Below are positions 1 to 15,950 of a stretch of DNA of 64,000 nt, one piece after another. Both the position numbers and the translations under genes were made by a program. Under the pieces are notes generated by a model. The model made no database searches. It was not told where the DNA came from and worked only from the letters and a program-made list of their open reading frames with translations. Each line of letters begins with the position of its first letter. Position 1 is the stretch's first letter. Source of the stretch: the human T2T-CHM13v2.0 reference genome, Homo sapiens; assembly GCF_009914755.1 (NCBI RefSeq), contig NC_060925.1. One strand, written 5' to 3'.

Positions 1-597
1 GGGAGTTTGGATAATTTAATTGTATTATATTTCTGTAGCCCAAATTTTTTATTACGAACCATGCTTTATAAGCAGGCCAAAATATTATTTTTAAAAGAAT
101 GATCTGTTCAGGATAGTGATTGCGTCCTTTTTCGTTTGGCTGTGACAAGGATAGCACACTGTTTACACTCAGCGCTGAACAATAAATCAGCCTGAGGATT
201 TCCTTTCCTCACACGCATCCTTCCCTAGCAATTTCCTCTTGTGTTCAATGCGGATTCCATCAATAGCACGACATTTCCTAGGCCATAATTTTGGCAAATA
301 AATCATACTAAACTCTACATACCTTTAGAAGCAAAATCCAACACATTTGAATCACCATTTAACACAGTCTTTCATAAAGAGAAATTAAAAAGAAATTTCA
401 TTAAACGGGTCAAAATTTAAACTAAAACTATGAATTTTTTTCAGGTAGCATCAGATCACCTTTGGATGTTGGAGAATATTTCCAAAATCCACATTATATA
501 CACTATCCCAGGACGCAAATCTGGATTTAGAGCCCGAGCTGTACTGCTTTCTAGCAACATGACCTTGGATAAATTCTCTACGGTTCAGTTTCCATGA

Positions 598-912
<315 letters not shown>

Positions 913-964
913 ATAAGAAGTAATTTCTAACTAATAGGGTTGTTGTCAGGATCAAATGGTACAA

Positions 965-1123
965 TGTCTTGCTATTCAAAATGCAGCCTGTGGACAGCAG
1001 CATCACCCTTGAACTTGTCAGCACTGTAGACGTTTGGCCTCTACTCTCATACTGAATGAACCAGAACCTGAATTTTAAGATCTCCATATCCCATGTATTT
1101 CCATCAAAAGCCAAGAAGCACTG
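965..1123. mobile_element. MER5A-like hAT DNA transposon relic
   Basis: GCTATTCAAAATGCAGCCTGTGGACAGCAGCATCACC...AGAACCTGAATTTTAAGATCTCC...AGAAGCACTG resembles the MER5A consensus. Confidence 0.65.
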
Positions 1124-1512
1124 ATACAATGCATAGAATGTGTGGTGCCTGATAATTAGAGCTCAATAAATATTACCCAATAGTAGCCACTTTTCATTCA
1201 CAAGTGGCAACAACGACCAAATATTCTATTTCACTTCTCTGTATATAATATATGACTTCAAAACATAATGCTTCCAAATATAGTAAACCACAGGGTTGAT
1301 AGAAAGGCAACAGGAAAATATATGGAAGGCCTAGAAGGGAAGGAGTTTAGTGGAGACACGGGATTCTTCACGTAAACAAGGAGCTAAGTGCCAATAGGTG
1401 ACTCATGTGAAAGACATTTAAGTGTCAGAAATTGGTGCAATAAAAATGCAATGGGCTTCTCACCTGAGTTATCCTTACTAAAGGAAAAAATTACAGTCTT
1501 TTCCCTTTACAA

Positions 1513-1682
1513 TTTTTTTTTTTTTTTTTTGAGACAGAGTCTCACTCTGTCACCCAGGCTGGAGTGCAGCAGATCTCGACTCACTTCAACATCCGCCTCC
1601 CGGGTTCAAGCTATTCTCCAGCCTCAGCCTCCTGAGTAGCTGGGACTACAGGCACAAACCACCACACCTGGTTAATTTTTGT
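1513..1682 (-). mobile_element. Alu right arm plus poly-A tail (3' part of a composite insertion)
   Basis: Poly-T, GAGACAGAGTCTCACTCTGTCACCCAGG... up to the A-rich linker TAATTTTTGT. Confidence 0.9.
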
Positions 1683-1767
1683 GGGGCTTTTTGGGAACCA
1701 GCCCTTGTCCCAACAAACCACTGACCTCGGCCTCCAGGCCTGCCCTGGCTGGTCATCAGAGCAGTAA

Positions 1768-2117
<350 letters not shown>

Positions 2118-2778
2118 TAAAGGAAATGTTCCACCTAGTGAAGGCAAGTTGGGAAATAGGGACCAACTCATCAGTGGCAACTCCTTGCTAATCCTGGTAC
2201 CTAGTGTTCTTGAGGTGTGCAAGAAGTTCTTTCTTGCATATCTGACGTGTGACTTCAGGACCCCTCCTATGGTCCTACTGCCCTTGAGTCCTTCATAGCC
2301 CCTGTAGTACATCCACACTCTACCATTTGCTGAATGCCCACCATGTGTCAAGCACTCTTCTGGGCACTTTACATGCACTGTCTGCAAGTGAGAAGATGCT
2401 CTCCCACCCATTTTAATGAAGAAGCTAGAGATCAACAGAGTTAAGCATCTTGCTCTTTATTAGGGAACTCAATAAAAGGATGAGCTTGTGTCTCCACATC
2501 TGCGCCCCTTCTGTTCAGAGCTGTGGCTCAGCATTAAAATAATTGCCGTATCAAGCTTAATTACTGGTTTAAACATCGTTCTCCCTGCTAGACTGAAACA
2601 CCTTGAAGGCAAGGGTGGTAACTCATTCATCTTCAAATTCCCAGAACCAACCTTGGTGCCTGTCACATGACAAACAATAAATATTAGTTTGGTGAGTAAA
2701 TAAATGAACAAGCTATGTTAACCCTCTTGCTCTCCCTCCATCCCTCTCTGCCTTTCTATCCTGTCTTTCTGGTGGTGA

Positions 2779-3206
<428 letters not shown>

Positions 3207-3534
3207 TGAGCAGGCTGCCCTCTGTTTCTCTTTTGTATCACAGTGTTGTTTGGATCTTGCTTCAGCCCTACACTGTATGAAAACAGGAAATGGGATAAGT
3301 GGCATCCTGAACTGCAGGAAAGACAAGGATGACAGATGATGGATATCACATACTAGGTCCCTTGCCATGTTCAAAATTATATCCTACATCGTAGGACATT
3401 CTACATCAGGCCAAATGTACCAAAAAACTGAAGTAAAGGATCTGAAAGCCACATTAATTCATTGCCTGCTCCATCTGTATTGTCACTCCACTCCTTACTG
3501 ACTTTTTTTCTTATTATTCTTCCAACTCTTAATG

Positions 3535-4071
<537 letters not shown>

Positions 4072-4384
4072 TGATACTGTCTTTAAAGTAAATACCAGAA
4101 AAACACTGGGGAGATAGAATGAGGGTAGAGTAAGATTTCTATAATAACTGTTCCTTTAATAAATGTGCCCAAATCAGTGTGAATTTAAAGATTTTGGAAT
4201 TAGGTACAAATGAGCAGGGTCTTGTTAGGATCACAGGATTTCTTTTCTCTTCTGACATGTTCAAGTCCTTGATTATAATAATAAAGGTAACAAAAACAAT
4301 GACAATAACCCATACTCTAAATGGCGCTTACCATCTAACAGAAGAAATTTACTTGAGGTAATTTATGACACATAAAGCTTCCAA

Positions 4385-4710
<326 letters not shown>

Positions 4711-5814
4711 TTACAAGGGATGGATTAATAAAAGACCAATTAACTAACCAATGTCCAAATAAATGAAATAATGAAATAAATGGAAATACAAGTGTTCTTC
4801 CCACTCTGTGAGTATATACCCCACCAACACACACAGAAAATGAGGCTCCAAAGATTTACCTCACTGAGTTAATTGCACTTCAGCTGGGTCTTTTCAAAGT
4901 CTGGTTCACATTAAACATTCTGCAGCTTTCAAGCCATGATTAGACATTAGTCCATTTTCAGAACATTAGTGGTGATACACATATATGTTATGTTTTAAAG
5001 ATAACTAAGGAGGTTAAATTTACAGGGAAAAGCTAAATAGCTCTGTGTATTCCTGTCAACAACTAAGGACCTTAATCTAATTTGTAGAATATTTAAATCC
5101 ATTTGCATGTTGGTATGAAGAAATTGCCAGGGAGAAAGTTCTTTATACAGAGATTGTGAATTTTAAAATCCAATGCAAAGAAACTTTTGTGGGAAGTCCT
5201 TGATGTCCCTTTTTCCATATAATCCTGTGTATATCACAATCGTTTTACTAAGTTCTTTGCAGAATAATTATCTCTTTAAGTGTCTGAGACCCCAACTACC
5301 ACCAACCTCCTTTCACCCCAACCCTGACTATCTTTGAGGTCCTTGGAAACAGAGATTGTACCTTATTCATGTCATTACTCCAATGCCTGGCACTTAGTAG
5401 AGGATAGATGGATAACTGGATGGATGAAGAGGTGGGTGGATGAATAAATTAGGTGAAGAGGGATGTAAACCATGTCATTATAGTAGTGATGAGAGAGGAG
5501 AAAATTTCACTTACCATTTTGGCATGTCACTCAGATTTATTCCTGCCACCAACAATGTCCTTGGAAAAATAAAGTGATACAGAAGGACAGATTGGGTTTA
5601 CCCATGTAGAGAATGCAAGAGTACTAGAAAGCACCCTGCCTCCATCCACATTCAAAACCAAAAAAAAAAAGTCCTTGATTTATGTTTAACAATTAAAATC
5701 CATTATAGAACAATTAGAAACTCTCCCTGGAAAATGCAATATATTTAAATTCATACCTCATGCCTGAGATCAGATAATAACAGCAGCAACAGCTATTTGT
5801 TGATGATATTATGA

Positions 5815-6050
5815 GCACTGACAACTAGCTATTGAGCTACCTACTTCATATGTATGGTTTTATTTGATTCTCATAACCTCTCTGAGGTGTTACTATTATT
5901 GACCTCATTTTGTAGATGAGGAAACCGACTCTAAGCAAGCTCAACTATCTTTCCTAAATTCAAATAGCCAATAAGTAGCAAAGCTAGCATTGGACCTGGA
6001 ACATCCTGATGCCAAGATTCACACATTTAACCATGATGTCATTCTGCCTC
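5815..6050 (-). mobile_element. MIR
   Basis: MIR core: CTCATTTTGTAGATGAGGAAACCGACTCT. Confidence 0.7.
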
Positions 6051-7604
6051 TCTGGAGATTTAAGACAGAGGGATCCCTAAGAGCAGATGCCAACAAGATG
6101 GCTTTATACACAGCCAACTTTAAATGTTCCACACCCTGCAGAAAGTCATTAACAAAACATAATTTTACATTTTATTTACATGAGTGAAACTTCCCCCCAT
6201 TCGTATTCAAATAGCAAGAAAAGAATCAAGATTTGTTTGGTAAAGCAATTTTAATTTATTTTTAATTCTTAAAATGTTCCAGTTTTAAATGTTTCTAAAT
6301 TTCTTTAAGCATTCCATTTAATCTTTTCTAATGTAACCGTTTTGTTTTATTTTGCTGTGTTTTGTTTCATTTTGTTTCAGACTGACATAAGGTTGTGAAA
6401 TGCTGTGCTTTAGAAAACCTGTGGGTATCTTTTTTGATCATCAGAATCATAACAGTGTAGAAGTGATTCAAAAAAAGCTTGACCAGCTTTTCTGGGAAAG
6501 GACAGGACAAAGCTAAAAAGCACTAAAATGGAAACCTAATGTGCCATATTAATCTCACACACATGCACACATAGACACTTACACAATTATATATTTTTGC
6601 AGACTATGCTCCATTTTGCAATCTTGGCATTAGGTTACCTGTAAAATCATAAACTGGTTTCTATTGCACACACAAATGGAAAAAGGAAGACTCACTGGCC
6701 ACACCAAGAGTGCTCATCTGGTCAGGATGAAAACACAGTAGCTTTTTCTGCTTCATTGTTTGTTTTGACACTGGCTACAACGTTTCATCTGTTCTTTCAG
6801 AAATTTCCTAGATTTAGGGAATAACTCATATGTTCGGCTAGCTTTGTTTCTCCTTTTGCTGACATTTCTCAGGGGCTAATTTCTTAGGCTATTTAAATCA
6901 GAATATATCATTGGGGTGTAAGAAAGAAAGAGATAAGTCTAAAGAGGATATCTCTGAGAGAACAATAATCATTCAGATTATTTTAAAGAGAGAATAGGAT
7001 GAAATTGGTAGGCCTGAAGAAAATAGGAAAATTTACATATATATATGTAAATGTCCAATCTGCCCTAACCTATAAAATCTGATTTACCTACCTCATTTAA
7101 TAAATATTAATTTTGCACTTTCTAAAGAACAAAAACACTCTTCTAAATTTTATGTGGGGTTATAGGGTGAAAGTAAAACAGTGTCCCTAAACTAAATCCC
7201 TGTGAAAATGTATTTAACACTTAAAGATGAGAGTAGGAAAGATGGCACGAAGTAGGCACTCTATATCTTTCTGTGTGGAAGTGTTTAGTGTAAACTTCTT
7301 ATGGCACTTGAGACAATGAAACTTATGAGCCAGCACTGAGCTGGAGGGATTGCTGGACAGGCAGAACACAGAAGGTCCACTGTAGTCTTAGAAGGGCATC
7401 TAGCTAAATGAAAACTGTCATCTTCTAGAATCCTAATATGTCCATATTCTTGTTCCTTTCATTCTGTCTACTTAATCACTCTAAGTGCCAGGAACCAGGA
7501 ATAATTTCTGGGGTGGCTCCAGGCACAAAAATGTTAACAGTGATGCAATTTGATAAATCAAAACGAGTTGAAGGCATTAGTTGAAAACTCTAAAATGTTC
7601 TAAG

Positions 7605-8488
7605 GAACTCAAACAACTCAATAACAATAAAACAAATAACAGATTTCAAACGAGCCAAGGATCTACATAGGCATTTCTCCAAAGAGAACATATAAATGAC
7701 CAACAGGGTATGAAAGAAATGCTCAATACACTAATTGCCAAGGAAATGGAATTAAAACCACCTGTTAGAATGGCTATTATAAAAAAGACAAAAGATAAGT
7801 GTTGGTGAGGATGTGGTAAAAAGGGAACCCTGGTAGATTGTTGGTGGGTATATAAATTAGCACAGCCGTTATGGAAAATGGTGTGGAGGTTCCTCAAAAA
7901 TTTAAAAATAGAACTACCATATGATCCAGTATTCCCACTTCTGGAAATGATACCATTATGTCAAGAGATACCTGCACTTCCATGTTCATTGCAGCATTAT
8001 TCACAATAGCCAAGATATAAAATCAATCTAGTTCAACAATGGATGAATGGATTTTAAAATGTACTATAATAATAATGGAATACTATTCAGCCTTTAAAAA
8101 GAAGGAAATCCTATCATTTGCAACAACATGGATAAACCTGGAGGCCATTATGCTAAGTGAAAGAGGTTGGGCATAGAAAGACAAATACTGCCTGATCTCA
8201 TTGCATGTGGAATCTAAAAATGTTGAATTCACAGGGACAGAGTAGAATGGTTGTTGCCAGGGGCTGAGGCAGGGTGGGAGCAGGAATGGGGAGATGTTGG
8301 CCAAAGGGTACAAAGTGACAGTGTAACAGAATGAATAAGTTTTGGAGATCTATGGTATAGTATGGTGATTATAGTTAATAATAATGTATTGCATACTTGA
8401 AAATTGCTATAAGAGTAGATCCTAAATGTTCTCACCACACACAAAAAATATGTAAGATGATGGATGTATTAATTCACTTGACTTAATC
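7605..8488 (+). mobile_element. L1MA-type LINE-1 3' fragment (end of ORF2 plus 3'UTR)
   Basis: AGAATGGCTATTATAAAAAAGAC, TTGGTGAGGATGTGG, ATAGAACTACCATATGATCCAG, TTGCTATAAGAGTAGATCCTAAATGTTCTCACCAC. Confidence 0.88.
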
Positions 8489-11449
8489 AGAAGTAATCTC
8501 CCAAGTGGTTCAGCTGTCTCACAATACAATGGGAGAGGGACTGCCAGAAGCCACTGGGAAAGACGGATGATCAATACTCACAGTGCAAGGGTTGTAGCCT
8601 CGCAGTCTATCTTGATCACACTTATGAGGAATTGAGTTACAGCTGTCAAAGTGAATGAGAGTTTGCTGTTGGCCAGCTATCAATTCCTTTCATTTTGATC
8701 TCTTATGTGGAAGTGTCTGGGAAGATGCAGCCACTGGCTGAGATTTCTTCTTAAGGCGGCTCCCTGGGATCTGGATGTGTCCCCAACACCTCCATTGGAA
8801 CCACAGTTTACTTTTTAGTAAAAGTGAGAAGGAGACAGACATTGCTATCACAGGGCCTGTGGGTCTCTGATGCTGAACTGAGGGTAATTAGAAAGGTCTT
8901 TTCTTTGCTACTACATCCAGTTTGAACATTTTATGGTAGATATGTACCTAATAATTGCTTTTCTAATGCTCATTACATATTTCATATTCAGACATTAAAA
9001 GCTTAGTTCTTTACTAATGTCTTGTGAAGTATATATTGAATGTGGCAATAGTTTCATTACAGATTAAAAACAGTTATAATTTCTAAATAGCCAGAAACTA
9101 GTATCAGTAAACACCCATATATATTATTTAAAATAATTTAATTATTTTTGAAGTCAGCTTTAACTACCACTTTTCGCTTCTCTGCATTTAAGGATACAGG
9201 CAATATTTTACTGTTTGGAAAAACCAATCCAAGATATGAGTTTTAAGATACTGTCTGTGTCTGATCTATCTTTTCCTTCAGATTCTCTACCCAAAATTTC
9301 TTCACAATATTCCTATACTCTTCAGATAAACTAGAAAAAAATCTAAACCTTGAATTCTGCTTTTCAAAGAGGTCTGTCAGGAATGAGCTAAGCAATGGTC
9401 AATTTACAACAGGATTAAAAACTAAATTGGCATCTCATTCAAGTTGCACACTGTGGCAAATTTGAGCAGCTGTTTAATACATGTTGCCAGTGGACTCAGT
9501 TCTACATCAGTCATGCTAATATAAGTCTTGCTATTCTCCATAGCTACAAAATATTGCTCTAACCTAAGCCATGTCTGTAGCCAATGCATACTATGGGTAG
9601 TTGGGACGGCTCAGCTAGGCTAGGACAGCTCCCCCGGCCCACTCCTGTCAACCCCGGTGACTCCTGCAAGCCCAAGTAAAAGACTTCGTCCTCAGGTAGG
9701 CCTATCCTGATGAGTGATAACTTTGTGCTGGCTTCACCACCACCAGCAGCCACCCATGCCCACCTGTGTTATTTTCAACCTTACCTTATTTGTATTGGTC
9801 TTAAAAGGGATCCCTTGGAAATACAGTGTCTAATTCATCTGAGAATTCCCAAGAGCTCACTAAGTATTTATTGAATGAATGAACAAATGAATGAATGGTG
9901 TCAGACCTATTACTATGGTCAATGCTACCTCCAATTTTAAGCTACATAAAGTAGCTTAATTTATTAAGTAGCGTTATTTCCAGCATTCTTGTGCTTATTT
10001 AACCTTCTGCTGTCTAGATTTTACCTTATTGGAACAGTTTTCTCTGACAGTGTGAAGAAGAGTAAAAGAAGGATCCCACGAGGACTAAACTGTGGATGGG
10101 GGCGGGGGTGGAGGTTGAAGCAAGGGACAGATATAACTCAGAATGGTATGATTCATTCAACTGAAAACAAAATCATTTCAAAATTCTAAAGAAAATGAAG
10201 TGCAATTGTAGTGTTAAATCTATTTAGTTATTCATAAGCAATTACTATAAACAAATATTTATGTGGCTTAAAACAAAAATATATCTACTAGAAGTCTAAG
10301 AATTCCTTTTTCAATAATCCTAAATTACACTTTGCTTAGAAGAGGTGTGTTTTGTTTACTTTTCAGAGTGATTTTCTCCACAATGTCTGAACTATACATG
10401 ATTTGTGTGAGCGGGATAAGCCCTTCCAGCTGTTCAAAATTAGCTTAGTCACCAGTCTAGTGAGACCATCCATGAAATACCCTAGTTGTTGGCAATTTGT
10501 TACCTCTGAGCTCTTTAAATTAAATAGCATTGCGGTTCATTCCGAGAAAGGGTCAAATCACTTAGCAGACCATGAAAAAGAGAGGATGTGTCACTACTAC
10601 TCTTAATCAAATTCTTTCACTTCTTTTATTCTTTTTCATTCTTGGCTGTGGTTGTCTAAATTCATCTTCAGGGATAAATGGTCACTAGTTATTTATCAAA
10701 GCATGAGTCTTTTCTGCAGGGATCAGACTTCTGCTATTTTAAACATGCATTAGACTTCAGATTATGAGCCAGGAACTGAACTACATGTTTTATACATCTT
10801 ATTTCTTTTACATTAGATTTGTAGGGTAGATACGATGTCTCAATTTTACAGGTTAGGAAAAAGGTTCAGAGAGGTAGACAACGTTTATAACACTGTAGCT
10901 ATAAAAACAAGATTCCTGAAACCTTACCTCAAAGCACTAAATCAGAATTTACAGGAGATATCTAGGAATCTATTAAACCCTAATTTCTGTGTTTTTAACT
11001 AGTGCTCCTGTGTGATTATTATTATCCTTTATTATTAAAATTTTCAAACTTATACAAAAGTAGATGGAATAGTTACTAAACCCCCATGTACCATCACCCA
11101 GTTTTAACAGTTATCAACCAAAGTTGCAGTATCTTTTTAATTGTTCAGACTTTGCCCTGTGATCCAGGTGATTCTTTAAAATAATAAAATTGAGAACCAG
11201 TGAGGAACAGTGACTTTCTCATTGTCATTTATCTGTGGAGCAGCAGAGCTGAGAACCAAATCTGAAATACGTAACTCCAAGTAGGGTTTGCTTTCCATTT
11301 AACCATAGTTGTATTCATTGCATTAACATATATTTATTGGGGTCCTTCGTATTCATATAGTATTATGCTGAGAACTAAAACAAGAAGATGAACCAGTTAA
11401 ATCATATTTCAAAGTGGCCTGTGAGCAAGGACCAAAATGTTGACAGCAG

Positions 11450-11619
11450 GGCCAGGCACAGTAGCTGATGCCTGCAATCCCGCAGCACTTTGGGAGGCAA
11501 GGTGGAAGCATCGCTTGAGGCCAGGGGTTTGAGACTGCAGCAAGCTATAATTATGCCACGACTGCACTCCAGCCTGGGCAATGGAGCAAGACTCTGTCTC
11601 TAAAAAAAGGAAAAAAAAA
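11450..11619 (+). mobile_element. Monomeric Alu (left-arm 5' part joined to right-arm 3' part; AluJ/FRAM-like)
   Basis: About 150 nt plus A tail; CAGCACTTTGGGAGG (left arm) then GACTGCAGCAAGCTATAATTATGCCAC..TGCACTCCAGCC (right arm). Confidence 0.8.
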
Positions 11620-11962
11620 GTAGATGATAAGTATAAAAAGTAGGAGATCAAAGAATGAAACAGTTTTAAAAATTTTCATGGGGGAGATACAACTTGACCT
11701 GGGCCTTCAGCAAGGAAGGACTTTCCAAGTGAAGAATAACATGAACAAAAACATAACATTCAGAATCAACAAATTATTTCTGGAGAACTCAGGAATAAAA
11801 AGCAGACTGGCTGGACAAGAGAGGCCCATATTGGATGGCTTGGGGGATCAGATCACTTAAATTCTCAAAGGCAAGATTGAATGGGGGTAACAGAAAGTCA
11901 CCAGGAGTTTTTAAATAGGAGAGAAATATGGTCAAGGTGGTAATTTAGAAAGAAAATTCTGG

Positions 11963-12307
<345 letters not shown>

Positions 12308-15300
12308 TCAAGAGGCAGGGTGATATGTTAATAAATGACTACACCAAATCAGCCATAAGATGAAAAGGATCAAGATTTGAGAGACGTAGGATCAACTGGA
12401 CTTGGTGGGGAAAAGAGGGAGGAATGAATTAAAAATGACTGTGGTTTTGTAACTGGGTAGCTAGAAGAATTCAGCAATACTGAGTTTTACTGAAAATAGT
12501 GGAAGATACGAGATCAGTGCTTGGGGGAGAGTTAGTGTGGGGATGCTACGTTCAGAGGCATCAGCATAGGAAATCATTGAAACAGTGATAGCCACGTGAT
12601 CAAAGGTAAGACTCACTGGAAAATAATAACTGAGATTCCGAGGACTGCTCACAGTGAACGGGTGAGAGGAGAAGAGGAGGCAGAGGAGTTATGAAAACCC
12701 TAGAGGGATTGTCACTGGGGATCACCCTAATTCAGATCACTGCCCACCAGAGGATCATTTAGTGTCAGTCCCTGTGAGGATGCCCTTTATACAATTGCCT
12801 TTGACTGATGCTAAATGGGTAGAAACCACTGCCATGTCATTTCTGTAGCAATTTCTGGATAATCACTTGGGGCCAACCCTGATTCAATATCTGACTTATA
12901 GAGCCCAAAAATGTTCTTTAAATTTGATCTTTAATGGAAAAAAGAAATAAGTGAAAAATATTTGGGGCACCTTAGTGGCAAACCATACCTGCTTCATGAA
13001 ATATTAGTTTAGGCCTATTACATAGGTTTCATACAGTTGTGGTCTTGTTGAAGTATAATTCCTCCTCCCCAGAGATTAGGAGAGCTCTGATAGCAACAGC
13101 TATAAACAGGTCTTGATTCTGCTTTAAGGGTTGATTTTCCTTGTCCGAATTCATTCGTTCCCCTTCTAGGATTCCAATTCGTCTGTGACAATTACTTCAT
13201 TTATGGGTCAATATTTATAGACAACCCTTTTTTTCTATTGCTAGAGAGTTAGGGGTAAATAAGACAGACAAAAATCTTATTCTTCACAGAGTTTGCAATT
13301 TCCTTCTGACTTTGTTCACTATCTAATGCTTTCTGAAAGTACACATCCAAAATAAAGCATGCTATTATTCCTAGCTGTAGAGAATGTATTTGTTATCCTT
13401 GTGATTGCCTTTTGGCCATGTGCACATTGGAACTTTGTGTCCAAAGCTGCACTTTCTCCCCTACCTGGTAAGAACAGCACCTACATTTATCTAAATGGCC
13501 ACAGGGTCAGTGGCATTACAAGCCACATTTCCAGTTCCCTGAGCAGCCTCTCTTCCTGTTAAGACTGATGACACCAACCCCCTCATTGCTATTATACCTC
13601 AGTGCTCTCTCCTCCCTCCCAAGGTCCCTGACCCTTGTAGTTGCTCTCATGCTATTCCCTGCTGGAACAATTCCTCTTATTCTCTGAGTGCCACTAGGAA
13701 GAATGACACCTACCTCCAAGAAACTCTCACCCATCTCTGTACGCATTTGCACTTCTCTCTAAACCCATCTCAAAATCTGAGCCCAGAGAGGAGAATTTAA
13801 AATCAAAATTATGACTAAAGCAGCACAGAAAATACTTCTTTCTTTCCTCTAGTACACAGGTTACACTGTAGCTCAGAAATCAAGATAGGAGAGAATTTCA
13901 AGAAAGATAGGGTGATGGACTCAGAGAACTCGCTTCCATTTTGGCAGGTCCTCCGGTCCTCACACTGTCCCCACCCATGTATGAAAATCTAGAGCAAATC
14001 ATTCTATACCTTCCTTTTTAAAAACCAAAGAAATATTCCCACTTGTATTCAATTGGATTCTGTTTATCTAAGACAATTTTTTTTTAAGAAAAGTATAGTG
14101 CTTAAAAGGATACCTACCTAGCCCTGCTGATACATTTTTGGTAGGGATACTTTTTTGAGTCATATACTTTTAGGCATAAACATTTCTATTATTTTCCTAA
14201 TAATGTTTGAGCTAATAATTTCAGCCTCATTTAGGGAAGACTCCCTGTTTAACCTATCTAGACATCTTCTTTTCTTTTTTAACCAACATTAATTATAAAA
14301 TTATAAGGAATCTTTCCAATTAAGAAAATGATGAATCAAATCAAACCTAAAAAATATTTCTTTAAAAATATTATTTTATGCTACAAAAATAACAGGGCTA
14401 AAGTCCAAGTCAAATAATTTTAAAATGAATGATTTCAAATGAAATAATATTTCCTTTCCAGAAGCACCGATGAAAAGTAAATGGTTTACTTCACTGAGGC
14501 TCCCAGGGGAAAAATAGTTACCCACAGTCATTATGTTTAATATTAGAAATAAATGCTGCTCTCAGTTTGAAGCTTGGTTCTTTTTCTAATTTTTAGGGAG
14601 TCAGAAGTTTAAATCTTTTATTAAAAATTTATATGGCAATTGCTACTCTCTTATTTTCTTTTTTCTCTTCCCCTTATCTTTCATACATTTTGTATAATAA
14701 GGAAGCAATTCCTCTGCTATTAAAAACTGCTTTTAACAAGAGACAGAGATGTTTTCAACTGCAAGAAGAAGTGACCGAATAATATATTTCATTTCAATGT
14801 AGAACAGAGAGATTTTGCTCAATGGTCAAGAAAAGTAAAATCCATTTCACTGAAACATAAAAATCGATTTTGTAGCTCTCGTGGCTCTACAGCAGTTAGG
14901 CTCTCATCAAGAACATGGTTTCACATTACAATTTATAAAGTTCACTGAGTGAGATCAAAAGGGTTTTTTCCCATAAAGTAAAACCGGTGCCCCCAAATTC
15001 CCACCAACACATGTTTAAAGAAAACTTTCATGTCAACATGGATTACCTTATCTTGATTTATTTTAGATGCGGAATTTGTAACTTCAATTAAATAAGGAAT
15101 AAATATTCAATTATGAAGTTTTTTAAGCCCTGAGGCTTCGATGTAGAAGGAAAGTAATAAATTAATCCAATAGAACAAAGATTACACATTGCTATCTTCT
15201 GACTCTACCTAATTATCTCAGAATATAAAGTGCATCAGAAATTCAACAGAGAGTTAGGAAGAATTATCAGGATATACAGTGATTAGTAATTAATATGCTC

Positions 15301-15444
15301 TCTAAATGAAAGTGAGTTTTGCACAGTTTCTATGTGAATAGTTATCATTTCGATTCTTAGTGAAATTTCATGCATAATATCTAAAGTTCTGAATCTCTGG
15401 AAGTGAAAAGAAAAAATGCTCTCCCTTAAAAATAAACTGGTTTT

Positions 15445-15758
15445 GGCTGAGTGCAGCGGCTCACACTTCTAATCCTAGCATTTCGGGAGGCTGAGGCGGG
15501 TGGATCATTTGAGCCCAGGAGTTCAAGACCAGCCTGGGCAACATGGCAAAACCCCGACTCTACTAAAAATACAAAAATTACCCAGGCGTGGTGGTGCACA
15601 CCTGTAGTCCCAGCTCCTCAAGGGGCTGAGGCCAGAGGATCACTTGAACCCATTAGGTCGAGGCTGCAGCAAGCTCCAATCTTGCCACTGCACTCCAGCC
15701 CGGGTGACAGAGTGAGACCCTGTCTCAAAAAAAAAAAAAAATTAAATAAACAAAAATA
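15445..15758 (+). mobile_element. AluJ
   Basis: AluJ-type motifs (TTTGAGCCCAGGAG, GAGGCTGCAG, GAGACCCTGTCTC); TSD AAAAATAAACT(G/C)GTTTT. Confidence 0.92.
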
Positions 15759-15950
15759 AAAAATAAACTCGTTTTAATCAGTATTCATCCAAATCTGCAA
15801 ATTCCAAGAATGAACTTTAACAGCACTCCAGCCTGGGTGACAGAGTGAGACCCTGTCTCAAATAAATAAATAAATAAAAATTAAAAATAAACTGGTTTTC
15901 ATCAGTATTCATCCAAATCTGCTAAATTCTGAGAAAGAACTTTAACAGCA
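15690..15950 (+). repeat. Tandem duplication (~130-bp unit) of an Alu 3' end plus flank
   Basis: Two copies of GCACTCCAGCC..GAGACCCTGTCTC-A tail-AAAAATAAACT.GTTTT.ATCAGTATTCATCCAAATCTGC..GAACTTTAACA at 15690-15822 and 15823-15947. Confidence 0.93.
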
